Origin: an uncultured Acidobacteriota bacterium
GTDB taxonomy: Bacteria > Acidobacteriota > Thermoanaerobaculia > UBA5066
Assembly: GCA_963779415.1 (NCBI GenBank)
Contig: CAVZYA010000001.1
Span: 896,001-960,000, forward strand
Length of the DNA: 64,000 nt
Direction of reading: 5' to 3'
Shown one piece after another: positions 25,525 through 35,663 of the stretch (position 1 is the stretch's first letter; each line of letters starts with the position of its first letter). The notes beneath the pieces are model-generated. The model was not told the DNA's origin, searched no databases, and was given only the letters and a program-made list of their open reading frames with translations. Both the position numbers and the translations under genes were made by a program.

Positions 25525-27557
25525 CGCACCGCGGGCTCCTCTTCCTGAAGCTTTCTCAGAAGCTCCTCCCACTCGGCCATCTTCTCCGAAACCGACTTCT
25601 TTCTGCTTTCGATCTCCGAGCGGACGGCGCGAACCCGGTCGCCGTCACGCGCGACCGAAGGATCTGCGAAAGATTCTTCAAAGGAAGAAATCTCCCGTTC
25701 GAGCCCCGTGATCTCCGATTCGAGGGCCTCGATGCGAGCCCGGTCCTTCTGGCGCCGCCTCTCGGCGGTGCGGTCGGGGCGACTTGCCCTCGGCTGGCCG
25801 GTGTCAAGGGTCTCCGACCGCCCCGCGGCGCGCGAAGCGCGCCCTTGACTCCGGCCAGCCGGGCGCACGTTTTCCTCTATCGGCGGCTGCGCCTGCAGCC
25901 GCCGCATATCAGAAGAACTCTTCTCCTTCTTTCTTCGAACCAGATCGCCGTAGTTGCCCTCGAAGTCTTCTATCGTCCGCGCTCCGGGTGGCCCCGAGAT
26001 CTCCAGCACCCGCGTCGCGATCCGGTCGACGAACCAGCGGTCGTGCGAGACGAAGATGATCGCGCCTTCGAACTCCAGGAGCGCCTCTTCGAGCCGCTCG
26101 CGGGCCTCGAGGTCGAGGTGGTTCGTCGGCTCGTCGAGAAGAAGGAGGTTCGCGCCGCCGAAGACGATCCGCGCGAGCGACAGCCTCCCCCGCTCGCCCC
26201 CGGAAAGCGTTCCGAGGCGCTGCTCCACCTCGTCCCCCCGGAAATCGAAGAGGGCGAGGAAGTCGCGCGCCTCCTGCACGGTGAGCGTCGGGTCGAGATC
26301 GGTCACGACGTCGAGGACCTTTGCCGACGGCGCAAGGTCGGCCATCTCCTGGTCGTAGTAACCCGCGAGGACTCCCGTGCCCCACTTCATCGATCCGGAG
26401 AGAGGCGGGATGACGCGCGCCAGAGTCTTCAAAAGCGTCGTCTTTCCGCAGCCGTTCGGCCCCCAGAGCGCGAGCCGCTCTCCCCGCCTGAGGAGGAAGG
26501 TGAGCGGGGGGAGGAGCGGCCCGGTCCCGGCCCACCCCGCCTCGATCCCGAAGGTCTCCAGGACCCGCCCGCCCGAGACGCGCGCCTCCTCGAAGCGGAA
26601 GACGACCTCATTCGTGTCTTCTCCAGGAGCCTCGACCCGCTCGAGGCGCGCCAGCATCTTCCTCCGCGCCTGCGCCTGCTTCGTCTTCTGGCCGGCGATG
26701 TTCCGGCGGATGAAATCCTCGGTCCGTTCGACCAGCTTCCTCTGCTCCTCGGCCGCCTTCGATCGAAGCCGCTCGCGCTCGGCTTTGAGCTTCCGGTAGG
26801 TGTCGTAGTCGCCGGGATAGTCCTCGAGCTCTCCGTGGGCGACCTCCACGATCCGGTCGCAGACGGCGTTCAGGAACCGGCGGTCATGCGAGACGACGAG
26901 CGCGGCCTGTCCGGCCGTCCGCTTCCGTTCCGAGAGCCATTCCTCGAGGAACTCCATCCCGGCGACGTCGAGATGGTTCGTCGGCTCGTCGAGGAGGAGG
27001 ACCCGGGCCGACGTCAGGAGGAGCCGCGCGATCTGCGCCCGGTGCTTCTGCCCGCCGGAAAGCTCGCCAACCGGGCGGTCCCACGTCCCGGCGTCGAGCC
27101 CGACGCCCGTCAGGACTCGCGCCACCCTCGCATCGGCCTCGTATCCGCCGTCCCGCGCGAACTGCTCGCGGAGATCGTCGTACTCGTGGAGAAGCGCTTC
27201 GAGCGCCGCCCGGTCGGCAGGCTCCCCCATCGCGGCGATCTCCTCCTCCAGCCGCTGCATCTCCCGCTCGTCGGCGGCGAAGTGCTCCTGCGCGCGCGCG
27301 ACGAAAGCGCGGAGCGCTTCCTCCCCTTCGGGCTCGACGGCCTGCTCCAGCGAGGCGAAGGTGGTCGTCCCCGCGAGCAGCCGGCGACCGGCGTCGGGCT
27401 CGAGGAGTCCCTGGACGATCTTCAGGACCGTCGTCTTCCCCGCGCCGTTCCGTCCCACGAGGCCGACGACCCGCCCCGGATCGTGCTGCCACGTCGCCCC
27501 CGCGAGGACATCCTTCGTACCGAAGCTCTTCGCGACGTTCTCCAGCCGGTAGAGCAC
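25521..27557 (-). CDS. ABC-F family ATP-binding protein
   Basis: Two ABC cassettes (GRNGAGKT, GPNGCGKT; LLDEPTNHLD twice), no TM segments, C-terminal coiled coil. Confidence 0.93.
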   Translation of the reverse strand: MLYRLENVAKSFGTKDVLAGATWQHDPGRVVGLVGRNGAGKTTVLKIVQGLLEPDAGRRLLAGTTTFASLEQAVEPEGEEALRAFVARAQEHFAADEREMQRLEEEIAAMGEPADRAALEALLHEYDDLREQFARDGGYEADARVARVLTGVGLDAGTWDRPVGELSGGQKHRAQIARLLLTSARVLLLDEPTNHLDVAGMEFLEEWLSERKRTAGQAALVVSHDRRFLNAVCDRIVEVAHGELEDYPGDYDTYRKLKAERERLRSKAAEEQRKLVERTEDFIRRNIAGQKTKQAQARRKMLARLERVEAPGEDTNEVVFRFEEARVSGGRVLETFGIEAGWAGTGPLLPPLTFLLRRGERLALWGPNGCGKTTLLKTLARVIPPLSGSMKWGTGVLAGYYDQEMADLAPSAKVLDVVTDLDPTLTVQEARDFLALFDFRGDEVEQRLGTLSGGERGRLSLARIVFGGANLLLLDEPTNHLDLEARERLEEALLEFEGAIIFVSHDRWFVDRIATRVLEISGPPGARTIEDFEGNYGDLVRRKKEKSSSDMRRLQAQPPIEENVRPAGRSQGRASRAAGRSETLDTGQPRASRPDRTAERRRQKDRARIEALESEITGLEREISSFEESFADPSVARDGDRVRAVRSEIESRKKSVSEKMAEWEELLRKLQEEEPAVR

Positions 27558-27593
27558 CGGGCGAGGATAAACGAAGGCCGTCGGGTCTCCCGG

Positions 27594-28904
27594 TCAGAGC
27601 CGCTCGACCGCGAGCGGAAGGGGCGATACGAGGGTCCCGGGGGGCGCGATCTCGAAGCAGGCGGCGAGGCGCCGGAAGTACGTGTCGTCGGGGTTCGCCG
27701 TCTTCCCCAGCTCGACGGTGACGAGCGGCTCTCCCTTTTCGACGACATCGCCCGGCTTCCTCCGGATCCGGAAGCCCGAGGCCGGGTCGATCCCGTCGTC
27801 CTTCGTCCGCCGCCCGCACCCGATCTCGATGGCGAGGAGGCCCAGCTCCCGCGTCGCGACGCGGGCCACGACACCCGACTCGCGGGCCGTGATGTCCCGC
27901 CGTCCGGCGGGCCGGGGGAGTCGAGTCGGGTCGTCACAGACCGAAGCGTCGCCCCCCTGCGCGTGGACCAGCCGGGCGAAGGTCTCGAGAGCGCGCCCGT
28001 CCGAGAGCGCCGCGTTGAGCCGCGTCCTCGCCGCCTTCTCGCTCCGCTCGATCCCGGCCGCCAACACGAGATCGATGCCGAGCAGGAGGACGTTCTCCCG
28101 GAGGTCGGCAGGGCCTTCGCCTCCGAGCATCCGGATCGACTCGGCCACCTCGTTCGCGTTCCCGACGGCCTCCCCGAGCGGACGGTCCATCGCGAGGATC
28201 CAGCCGGAGGCCCTCCCTCCGGCGGCGCGTGCCGTGTCGACGAGCGCCCGTCCGAGCGTCCACGCGTCGGCGGGGTCCGACATGAAGGCCCCGTTGCCGG
28301 TCTTCACGTCGAAGACGACGGCGTGAGCCCCCGTCGCGAGCTTCTTCGAGAGGATCGAGGCCGTGATGAGCGGGATCGATTCGACGGTCCCCGTCACGTC
28401 GCGAAGGGCGTAGAGCCGTCGGTCCGCGGGCGCGACGCTCTCCGTCTGCCCGATCAGCGCGCAACCGACGGTGTCGAGCAGCCGGTCGAACTCGGGCTTC
28501 GGGAGCGCCGTCCGGAATCCGGGGATCGCCTCCAGCTTGTCGAGCGTTCCCCCCGTGTGCCCGAGGCCGCGCCCCGACATCATCCCCGACTTGACGCCGA
28601 CCGCGGCGAGAAGCGGCGCGAGGACGAGCGTCACCTTGTCCCCGACCCCGCCCGTCGAGTGCTTGTCCGCGACGAACCCGTGGGGCGAGAGATCCCACGT
28701 CTCGCCCGAGCGCATCATGGCGAAGGTCAGCGCGGCCGTCTCGGCCGTCGTCATCCCGCGGCAGCAGACCGCCATCAGAAAGGCCGCCGCCTGCTCGTCG
28801 GGGATGGTCCGGTCCGTGACTCCGCGGACGAAGTCGGCGATCTCCCCTTCCGAGAGCTCCGCGCCCTCCCGCTTCCGGACGATCGTCCGGACGAAGAGGC
28901 TCAT
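27594..28904 (-). CDS. pdp: Pyrimidine-nucleoside/thymidine phosphorylase
   Basis: DKHSTGGVGDK, SGRGLGHTGGTLDKLE, LRDVTGTV, SILSKK; ATG 28904. Confidence 0.95.
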   Translation of the reverse strand: MSLFVRTIVRKREGAELSEGEIADFVRGVTDRTIPDEQAAAFLMAVCCRGMTTAETAALTFAMMRSGETWDLSPHGFVADKHSTGGVGDKVTLVLAPLLAAVGVKSGMMSGRGLGHTGGTLDKLEAIPGFRTALPKPEFDRLLDTVGCALIGQTESVAPADRRLYALRDVTGTVESIPLITASILSKKLATGAHAVVFDVKTGNGAFMSDPADAWTLGRALVDTARAAGGRASGWILAMDRPLGEAVGNANEVAESIRMLGGEGPADLRENVLLLGIDLVLAAGIERSEKAARTRLNAALSDGRALETFARLVHAQGGDASVCDDPTRLPRPAGRRDITARESGVVARVATRELGLLAIEIGCGRRTKDDGIDPASGFRIRRKPGDVVEKGEPLVTVELGKTANPDDTYFRRLAACFEIAPPGTLVSPLPLAVERL

Positions 28905-30355
28905 TTCGCGGCGGTCTCCCCGAGCGACTTCCTGATCCTGTCGCGCCATTCGTCCGCCGTCTTCTCCGCAGCCGCGGCGTCGACGCTCCGGAACCTCGCG
29001 CCGTCCCAGAGGATCTTCCCGCCCACGACCGTGAGAGAAACGTCGCTCTCCTTCACGGAATAGACGAGCGCCGACGCCAGGTCGTAGACGGGATGCGTCC
29101 GCGGGACGGAGAGGTCGACGGCGATGAGATCGGCCGCCTTCCCGGCCTCCAGCGAGCCGGTCACCTTCTCGAGGCCGAGGGCCCTCGCCCCGTCGATCGT
29201 CGCCATCCGGAGGAGGTCGCGCGCCGGAAGGACGGTCGGGTCGAGCGCCGCCACCTTGGCGAGCTTCCCGGCGAAGTCCATCGCCTCCCACATGTCGAGG
29301 TCGTTGTTCGAGCCGGCGACACCATCGGTCCCGAGGGCCACCGTCACGCCCGCCTTTCGGGCGGCGACGATCGGCGCCACTCCCGAGCCGAGCTTCATGT
29401 TCGACTCGGGGTTGTGCGAGAGGGCGACGCCCTTCGCCGCGAAGAGGGCGAGGTCCCCGGCGTCCAGCCAGACGCCGTGCGCCGCGACGACGCGCGGGCC
29501 GAGAAAGCCGATCGAGCCGAGCCACTTCGCCGGCGTCGTCCCGTATTTTTCGAGTATCTGCCTCTGCTCGTCCTGTGTCTCCGAGACGTGGATGAGGAGC
29601 GGCGCCCCGTACTCGTCCGCGAGCGCCCGGGCGGCGACGAGAGTCTCCTTCGAGCAGGTGAACGGCGCGTGCGGCGCGACGGCGGCGACGATCCTCGGAT
29701 GCCCCTTCCACTTCTCGAGGAACGCCCGGGTGACCGTTCGGGTCTCCTCGAGGTCCTTGTGGTCCGGCACGGGGAAATCGAGCCAGGTCTCACCCAGGAC
29801 GGCCCTCATCCCGCACGCGTCGACGGCTGCCGCGACGTCCGACTCGTAGTAGTACATGTCGGCGAACGTCGTCGTCCCGCCCCGGACCATCTCGAGGCAG
29901 GCGAGCGTCGTCCCGGCCTTCACGAAGCCGGGCGAGACGTTCTTCGCCTCCGCCGGGAAGATCGTCTTTCCGAGCCATTCCATCAGCGGCTTGTCGTCCG
30001 CGATGCCGCGCATCAGGCTCATCGCGGCGTGCGTGTGCGTGTTGACCAGGCCCGGCATCACGACGGCCGAGGGGCGCGAGATCTTCTGCTTCGGCCGAAA
30101 ACGGGACGACAGGTCGTCGGGAGAGCCGATGGCGACGATCTTTCCATCCGAGATCGCGACCGCGCCGGGAGAGAGCACCCGGTCCGCTTCGTCCATCGTC
30201 ATGACGTACCTCGCCGTGACGAGGAGATCGACCGGAGAGAGAGTCTTCTTAGAGGAGACGCGGGACGGCTGATCAGCGGCGACCAGAGCCGCCGCGCCCG
30301 TAAACGCGGCGCACAACGTGACGAAAGCCCCGACGCGACCTAATCGAAGAGACAT
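28901..30355 (-). CDS. Amidohydrolase, MtaD/SAH-deaminase-like, with apparent signal peptide
   Basis: PGLVNTHTH, APHAPFT, IHVSET, AHGVW, HNPESNMKL, LGTDG..NDLD. Confidence 0.88.
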   Translation of the reverse strand: MSLRLGRVGAFVTLCAAFTGAAALVAADQPSRVSSKKTLSPVDLLVTARYVMTMDEADRVLSPGAVAISDGKIVAIGSPDDLSSRFRPKQKISRPSAVVMPGLVNTHTHAAMSLMRGIADDKPLMEWLGKTIFPAEAKNVSPGFVKAGTTLACLEMVRGGTTTFADMYYYESDVAAAVDACGMRAVLGETWLDFPVPDHKDLEETRTVTRAFLEKWKGHPRIVAAVAPHAPFTCSKETLVAARALADEYGAPLLIHVSETQDEQRQILEKYGTTPAKWLGSIGFLGPRVVAAHGVWLDAGDLALFAAKGVALSHNPESNMKLGSGVAPIVAARKAGVTVALGTDGVAGSNNDLDMWEAMDFAGKLAKVAALDPTVLPARDLLRMATIDGARALGLEKVTGSLEAGKAADLIAVDLSVPRTHPVYDLASALVYSVKESDVSLTVVGGKILWDGARFRSVDAAAAEKTADEWRDRIRKSLGETAAK

Positions 30356-30435
30356 CGCAGACTCCCTATTGACCTTCTAAGAAAATCTCTCCTCGTCTCT
30401 CTTCGAACCTCACAACCCACTCCCGCGCCCGTCAC

Positions 30436-30861
30436 TCACGCCTTCGGCCCGAACTCGAAGGCGTACGGGAGGAGCGCCGCGAGGCGGATCTCCGCCCGCC
30501 GTCCGCCGGTCGTCTGCATGACGACGTCGATGTCGCGGCACTGGTCCCAGAGGACCTGGCGGCAGGCTCCGCAGGGGGCGGTCGGCTCGTCGGCCGCCGT
30601 CACGACGGCGACGGCCCGAAAACCCCGGACTCCCTCGGAGAGCGCCTTGAAGACCGCCGTCCGCTCGGCGCAGACGGTCAGCCCGAAGGAAGCGGATTCG
30701 ACGTTACAACCGGTGAAGAGACGTCCGTCCTCCGAGAGGAGCGCGGCGCCGACCCGGAACTTCGAGTAAGGGGCCGAGGCGTGGCGCCGCGCGTCTGCGG
30801 CGGCCGCCACGAGCGTCCTCTTCTCGGCATTCGTGAGAGGCCGGCAGGCCTTCGGCTTCAT
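30436..30861 (-). CDS. cdd: Cytidine deaminase (homotetrameric type)
   Basis: APYSKFRVGAAL, GCNVE, CAER, PCGACRQ; ATG 30861 overlaps the PNP stop. Confidence 0.95.
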   Translation of the reverse strand: MKPKACRPLTNAEKRTLVAAAADARRHASAPYSKFRVGAALLSEDGRLFTGCNVESASFGLTVCAERTAVFKALSEGVRGFRAVAVVTAADEPTAPCGACRQVLWDQCRDIDVVMQTTGGRRAEIRLAALLPYAFEFGPKA

Positions 30862-31760
30862 CGCCGCCGCGCCCTCTTCTTCCGGCCGAAAGCCCGCAGC
30901 ACGCGGGCGACCGGCGTGTCGGGCGGCGCCTCGCCGGTCCGGCCCGATCCGATCGCCTCGACGAGGCCGCTCAGGAGCCGGACGAACCGGACCTTCACCC
31001 GCTCCGTCGTCTCGAGGACCTCGGTGTGGACGAGCGGCTTCTTCACGACCCCCGCGGCCATGTTCGTGACGCACGAGATTCCGACGACGCCGACTCCCAT
31101 CTGGGCCAGCGCGATCACCTCCGGCACTGTCGACATCCCGACGGCATCGGCGCCGAGCGTCCGGAAAGCGCGGATTTCGGCCGGCGTCTCGTACGACGGC
31201 CCGTGGAGACCGACGTAGACGCCGCGCTTCAGAGGGACGCGCTCCCGCCGGGCCACGCGGATCGCCACCTTGCGGAGGTCCGCCCGGTAGGCGTCCGACA
31301 TGTCCGGAAAACGCGGGCCCATGTCGTCTTCGTGCAGCCCGACGAGCGGGTTCGACCCGAAGAAGTTGAGATGGTCTTCGATCAGCATCAGGTCGCCCGG
31401 ACGCATCGAGCGCGCGATCCCCCCGGCCGCGTTCGTCACGATGACGTCGCGGCAGCCGATCAGCCCGAGGACGCGGGCCGGGAAGACGACGAGCGACATC
31501 GGGTGCCCTTCGTAGTAGTGGACGCGCCCTGACAGCACCACCGTCGGGACTCCGCGGACACGTCCGGCGACGAGCTTTCCGGCGTGGCCGACGACGGCCG
31601 AGGCCGGAAAGCCCGGGATCTTCCCGTACGGAATGGTCACGGCCCCCGTCATCCCTTCGGCGAACTCCCCGAGGCCCGAGCCGAGGATGACCCCGACGGC
31701 GGGAGGCTCCGGGAGCTTCTCGGTCAGCCAGTCGGCCGCGGCTTTCAGCTTCGCATCCAT
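30858..31760 (-). CDS. punA: Purine-nucleoside phosphorylase (trimeric type)
   Basis: ILGSGLG, GRVHYYEG, TNAAGG, GPSYETPAE, VGMSTVPE. Confidence 0.95.
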   Translation of the reverse strand: MDAKLKAAADWLTEKLPEPPAVGVILGSGLGEFAEGMTGAVTIPYGKIPGFPASAVVGHAGKLVAGRVRGVPTVVLSGRVHYYEGHPMSLVVFPARVLGLIGCRDVIVTNAAGGIARSMRPGDLMLIEDHLNFFGSNPLVGLHEDDMGPRFPDMSDAYRADLRKVAIRVARRERVPLKRGVYVGLHGPSYETPAEIRAFRTLGADAVGMSTVPEVIALAQMGVGVVGISCVTNMAAGVVKKPLVHTEVLETTERVKVRFVRLLSGLVEAIGSGRTGEAPPDTPVARVLRAFGRKKRARRR

Positions 31761-31770
31761 GTCGTTCCTT

Positions 31771-33024
31771 TCACGAGAGGATTCCGGCGATCGTCGCGCT
31801 CATGAAGGTGGCGAGCGATCCCCCGAGAAGCGCCCAGAGCCCGAGCCGGGCGATGTCGCTCTTGCGGCTCGGGGCGAGCCCGCCGATGCCGCCGATCTGG
31901 ATGCCGATCGACGAGAAGTTCGCGAAGCCGCAAAGGGCGAACGAGGCGATGAGCCGTCCCTTCGCGCTCCACTCGCCGATCGGGATCTTCGTCATCTCGG
32001 CGTAAGCCACGAACTCGTTGATGACCGTCTTGAAGCCGATCAGCCGCGCCACCTTGTCGCAGTCGACCGCCGGAACCCCCATGACCCACGCGAGCGGCCA
32101 GAGGGCCTTCGAGAAGATCCACTGGAGCGACAGCCCGGGGAAGCCCGCCTTCGCCCCGGCCCAGCCGAGCGCCCCGTTGAAGAGGGAGATCAGCGCGATG
32201 AAGGCGATCAGCATCCCGCAGATGTTGATGGCGAGCGCGACGCCCTGCGAGGCGCCCGAGGCGGCCGCCTCGATGACGTTCGCCTGCTCGTGCTCGATCT
32301 TCACCGTCACGTGCCCCGCGGTCTGCGGCTGATCCACCTCGGGGCGGAGGATCTTCGCGATGACGATCGTGGCGGGCGCCGCCATGACCGACGCCGTGAT
32401 CAGGTAGTTGGCCGGAATCCCCATGGCCGCGTAGGCGAGGAGGACGGCGCCCGAGATGTGCGCCATCCCGCCCGTCATCATCGTCAGCAGCTCCGAGTTC
32501 GTCATCTTCGGAATGTACGGAGCGACGATGATCGGCGCCTCGGTCTGGCCGATGAAGATGTTGGCCGCGACGGCCAGAGACTCGGCTCCCGAGACCTTGA
32601 GCAGCTTCGTCATGACGATCGCGAAGAGCTGGACGACCCTCTGCATGATCCCGAGGTAGTAGAGGATCGTGAAGAACGACGCGATGAAGATGACGATCGG
32701 CATCACCTTGAAGGCGAAGATGAACGGCGCGAAATCGACCCCCGTCGCCTTCGCGATCTGAGCGCCGATCGCGGGCTGCGAGATCCACCCGAAGACGAAC
32801 TCGGCCCCCTTGTCCGAGAAGGCGATCGCCCCTGTGATCCCGTCCGAGAAGCTCTTCAGCGCCGACGCTCCCGACGGCCAGGCGATGACGAGCCCTCCGA
32901 GCGCGAACTGAAGGACGACGCCCCACGAAACCGTCGCCCACCGGATCTTCGACCGGTTCTTCGACAGAAGCACCGCCACCGAGAGAATCACGGCCAGACC
33001 GATGATCCCCGTGAAACGATCCAA
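31771..33024 (-). CDS. nupC: Concentrative nucleoside transporter (NupC/CNT)
   Basis: SGAESL..ANIFIGQTEAP, INEFVAY, FALCGFANFSSIGIQIGG; SD GAGGAGG then TTG. Confidence 0.93.
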   Translation of the reverse strand: MDRFTGIIGLAVILSVAVLLSKNRSKIRWATVSWGVVLQFALGGLVIAWPSGASALKSFSDGITGAIAFSDKGAEFVFGWISQPAIGAQIAKATGVDFAPFIFAFKVMPIVIFIASFFTILYYLGIMQRVVQLFAIVMTKLLKVSGAESLAVAANIFIGQTEAPIIVAPYIPKMTNSELLTMMTGGMAHISGAVLLAYAAMGIPANYLITASVMAAPATIVIAKILRPEVDQPQTAGHVTVKIEHEQANVIEAAASGASQGVALAINICGMLIAFIALISLFNGALGWAGAKAGFPGLSLQWIFSKALWPLAWVMGVPAVDCDKVARLIGFKTVINEFVAYAEMTKIPIGEWSAKGRLIASFALCGFANFSSIGIQIGGIGGLAPSRKSDIARLGLWALLGGSLATFMSATIAGILS

Positions 33025-33076
33025 GCTCTCCTCCTCGATTCCGTGGGACGGGACCGGCGAAGGATAACCCGGCGCG

Positions 33077-35155
33077 TCAGCGCAGCATCATCCAGAGATA
33101 CGCGTACTGGAGCGCGGTGACTCTCGCCGTCTGCCGGTTCACGGCGCCGCTCCCGTGCCCCCCCTCGGTGTTCTCGAAGTAGTAGACGGGATGCCCCTGG
33201 GCCTCCAGCTTCGCCACCATCTTCCGGGCGTGCGCAGGGTGCACGCGGTCATCGCGGGTGTTCGTCCAATAGAACGGCGTCGGGTACTTCGCGTCGGCCT
33301 TCAGCAGCTCGTAGGGCGACCAGGTCTGAATGTATGCCCAATCCTCGGGCTTGTCCGGGTCGCCGTACTCGGCCATCCAGCTCGCGCCCGCGAGGAGGTG
33401 ATTGAACCGGCGCATGTCCGCGAGCGGCACCTGAGCCACCACGGCGTGGAACAGCTCCGGGTAGAGCGTGAAGGTCCCGCCGACGAGGAGCCCCCCCTGC
33501 GATCCGCCCATGATCCCGAGATGGCGCGGGGAGGTGATCTTCCGCGCGATCAGGTCCCGGGCGACCGCGGAGAAGTCCTCGAAGTTGTGGATGTGCTGCG
33601 CCTTCACGGCCGCCTTGTGCCAGGCGGGGCCGAACTCCCCGCCGCCCCGGATGTTCGCGAGAACGTAGACGCCGCCCCGCGCGAGCCACGCGGAGCCGAT
33701 GACCCCGCTGTACCGCGGGACCTCGGAGATCTCGAAGCCGCCGTACCCGTAGAGGAGGGTCGGCGCCGACCCGTCCGCCTTGAAACCCTTCGGGGTCACG
33801 ACGAAGTACGGGATCTTCGTGCCGTCCTTCGACGTGGCCTCGAGCTGCTCGGTTGTCACGTCCTTCGAATCGAAGAAGGCCGGCATCGTCTTGATCTTCG
33901 CGGGCGGGCCGCCCCCCTCGACGAGCCAGAGGGACGACGGCGTCCTGAAGTCCTGGTAGGTGAAGAAGAACGGGCCGGCGAGATCGTTCGCCGCCGAGAG
34001 CGTCGCCGTGCCGACTCCAGGCGTCGGAATTTCGGTCCGTTTCCAGGTTCCCCCATCGAGATCGAGTGCCGTGATGCGGCTCCGGACGTTGTCCAGCGTC
34101 TGAACGAGGACGCGGTCCTTCGTCCGATCCACGCTCGCGAGCGACACGCGCTCGCCGGGCTCGAACAGGACGTCGAAGCGCTTCGCGCCGCGAAGGAGGT
34201 CGTCGACCGTCGACGCGAGGAGCGAGCCCGCGTGGAACGTCTTGCCGCCCGTCGTCCAGTCGCTCCTCAGGGAGAAGAGGAGACGGTCGCGGAAGAACAC
34301 CCGCGGCTCGGAATCCTCCGGCAGGTCCAGCTTCACGAGACGGTCGCCGAGGAGGAGGAAGGACTCCTGCAGGTAGAACGCCGGCACTCGCGTGACGACG
34401 TCGTAGCGGCCGTCGGTCAGGATTTCGCTCCGGCCGGCGGAGGCGACGTCTTCGGTGCGTCCCTCGAAGACCGTCCGGGCCGACGAAAGCGGCGTGCCGC
34501 GCTTCCACAACTTCACGATCCGCGGGTAGCCGGAGGCGGTGAGCGACCCCGGCCCGAAGTCGGTTCCGACCCAGAGCGTGTCCTCGTCGCGCCACGCCAC
34601 GCTCGACTTCGCCTCGGGGAGAGAAAAGCCGTTCGGGACGAACTGCATCGTTCCCGTGTCGAACTCGCGCTCCACGGACGCGTCCGACCCGCCGGCCGAC
34701 AGGCTGATCATGCAGCGCACGTATTTCGGTGCGAGGCAGATCGCGCCATGGAAGACCCAGGCCTTCCCCTCGGCCTTCGCGAGCGCGTCCACGTCGAGAA
34801 CGGTCTCCCACTGCGGGCTGGCCGTGCGGTACGAAGCCAGCGACGTGCGGCGCCAGATCCCGCGTTCGTGGGCGTCGTCGCGCCAGAAGTTGTAGACCGT
34901 CTCGCCCCGCAGCTCTGGCGAAGGGATCTTCTCCTTCGAGTCGAGGATCTCGAGCGTTCGGTCGAAGATCGGCTTGTACTCCGGGCGGGCCTCCAGGAGC
35001 GCCGTCGTCTTCGCGTTGTGCTGCTTCACCCACGCCAGGGCCTTCTCGCCCTGGACCTCCTCGAGCCAGGCGAACGGGTCGTCGGCCGCCGAAGCCGCCA
35101 TCGCTCCGCCGAGGACCACCGCGACCGCCACCACGCCTCTCACGAAACTCCGCAT
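33077..35155 (-). CDS. Secreted prolyl oligopeptidase (S9A)
   Basis: SD GAGGAG then ATG 35155; DPFAWLEE, YGYGGF, NIRGGGEFG, GGSQGG, DDRVHP, GGHG. Confidence 0.93.
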   Translation of the reverse strand: MRSFVRGVVAVAVVLGGAMAASAADDPFAWLEEVQGEKALAWVKQHNAKTTALLEARPEYKPIFDRTLEILDSKEKIPSPELRGETVYNFWRDDAHERGIWRRTSLASYRTASPQWETVLDVDALAKAEGKAWVFHGAICLAPKYVRCMISLSAGGSDASVEREFDTGTMQFVPNGFSLPEAKSSVAWRDEDTLWVGTDFGPGSLTASGYPRIVKLWKRGTPLSSARTVFEGRTEDVASAGRSEILTDGRYDVVTRVPAFYLQESFLLLGDRLVKLDLPEDSEPRVFFRDRLLFSLRSDWTTGGKTFHAGSLLASTVDDLLRGAKRFDVLFEPGERVSLASVDRTKDRVLVQTLDNVRSRITALDLDGGTWKRTEIPTPGVGTATLSAANDLAGPFFFTYQDFRTPSSLWLVEGGGPPAKIKTMPAFFDSKDVTTEQLEATSKDGTKIPYFVVTPKGFKADGSAPTLLYGYGGFEISEVPRYSGVIGSAWLARGGVYVLANIRGGGEFGPAWHKAAVKAQHIHNFEDFSAVARDLIARKITSPRHLGIMGGSQGGLLVGGTFTLYPELFHAVVAQVPLADMRRFNHLLAGASWMAEYGDPDKPEDWAYIQTWSPYELLKADAKYPTPFYWTNTRDDRVHPAHARKMVAKLEAQGHPVYYFENTEGGHGSGAVNRQTARVTALQYAYLWMMLR

Positions 35156-35211
35156 TTGTCGACTCCTCACGGGACGGGATCATAGGGCCGCCGTGACATC
35201 ATTCTCGTCGC

Positions 35212-35442
35212 ATGGATGCCGTAAGACTGCTGAGGGTCCTTCGACCGATCCTGGACAGGTGCTCGGCGCGCTGGATGCTGGCCGGCGGCTTCGCGATGGC
35301 GGCATGGGGCTCGGCGCGCGAGCGGATCTTCGCAGCCGCCGTCGAGAGGAGCGGGCCGGATGGCCTGACGGCCCTCGTCCCCTCCCTGGAGCACCTCGTT
35401 TCGATGAGAGTGAAGGCGATCCGGACTCCTCGAACTCTATGA
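35212..35442 (+). pseudogene. Internally deleted nucleotidyltransferase-like gene
   Basis: N-terminal WMLAGGFAMAAWGSAR jumps to C-terminal VPSLEHLVSMRVKA; the expected TxDxD catalytic segment is absent. Confidence 0.55.
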
Positions 35443-35645
35443 CAGGCTTAAGGCCGAGCCCTGAGCCTCTGGACCTCGACGTAGCCTTCAACGCCTCTCC
35501 CGAGGTCAGCGAGGCACTCGAACGGAACAGGCCGGGGCCCGTCAGCCTGGAGGAGTACGCCCGTTTCATGAAGCAGTTCCAATGGACCGAGGAGCAGCTC
35601 CGGGCGATCCCGCTCTCGACGGGACCGCGGTTCACGCTGGACTGA
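35439..35645 (+). CDS. Small hypothetical protein, probable partner (antitoxin-like) of the nucleotidyltransferase
   Basis: ATGA overlap with the upstream remnant; 68 aa; SLEEYARFM..PRFTLD. Confidence 0.5.
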   Translation: MTGLRPSPEPLDLDVAFNASPEVSEALERNRPGPVSLEEYARFMKQFQWTEEQLRAIPLSTGPRFTLD

Positions 35646-35663
35646 GGCGAGCTTTGGGAGAGA

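Noticed and set aside
22647-27557. ABC-F-cinA-plsY-gpsA coupling as a novel system
   Set aside because: Ordinary housekeeping genes with nothing unusual beyond operon order
25845-29063. 1072-aa plus-strand ORF
   Set aside because: Antisense shadow of ABC-F and pdp; no motifs; stop-poor frames are expected at high GC
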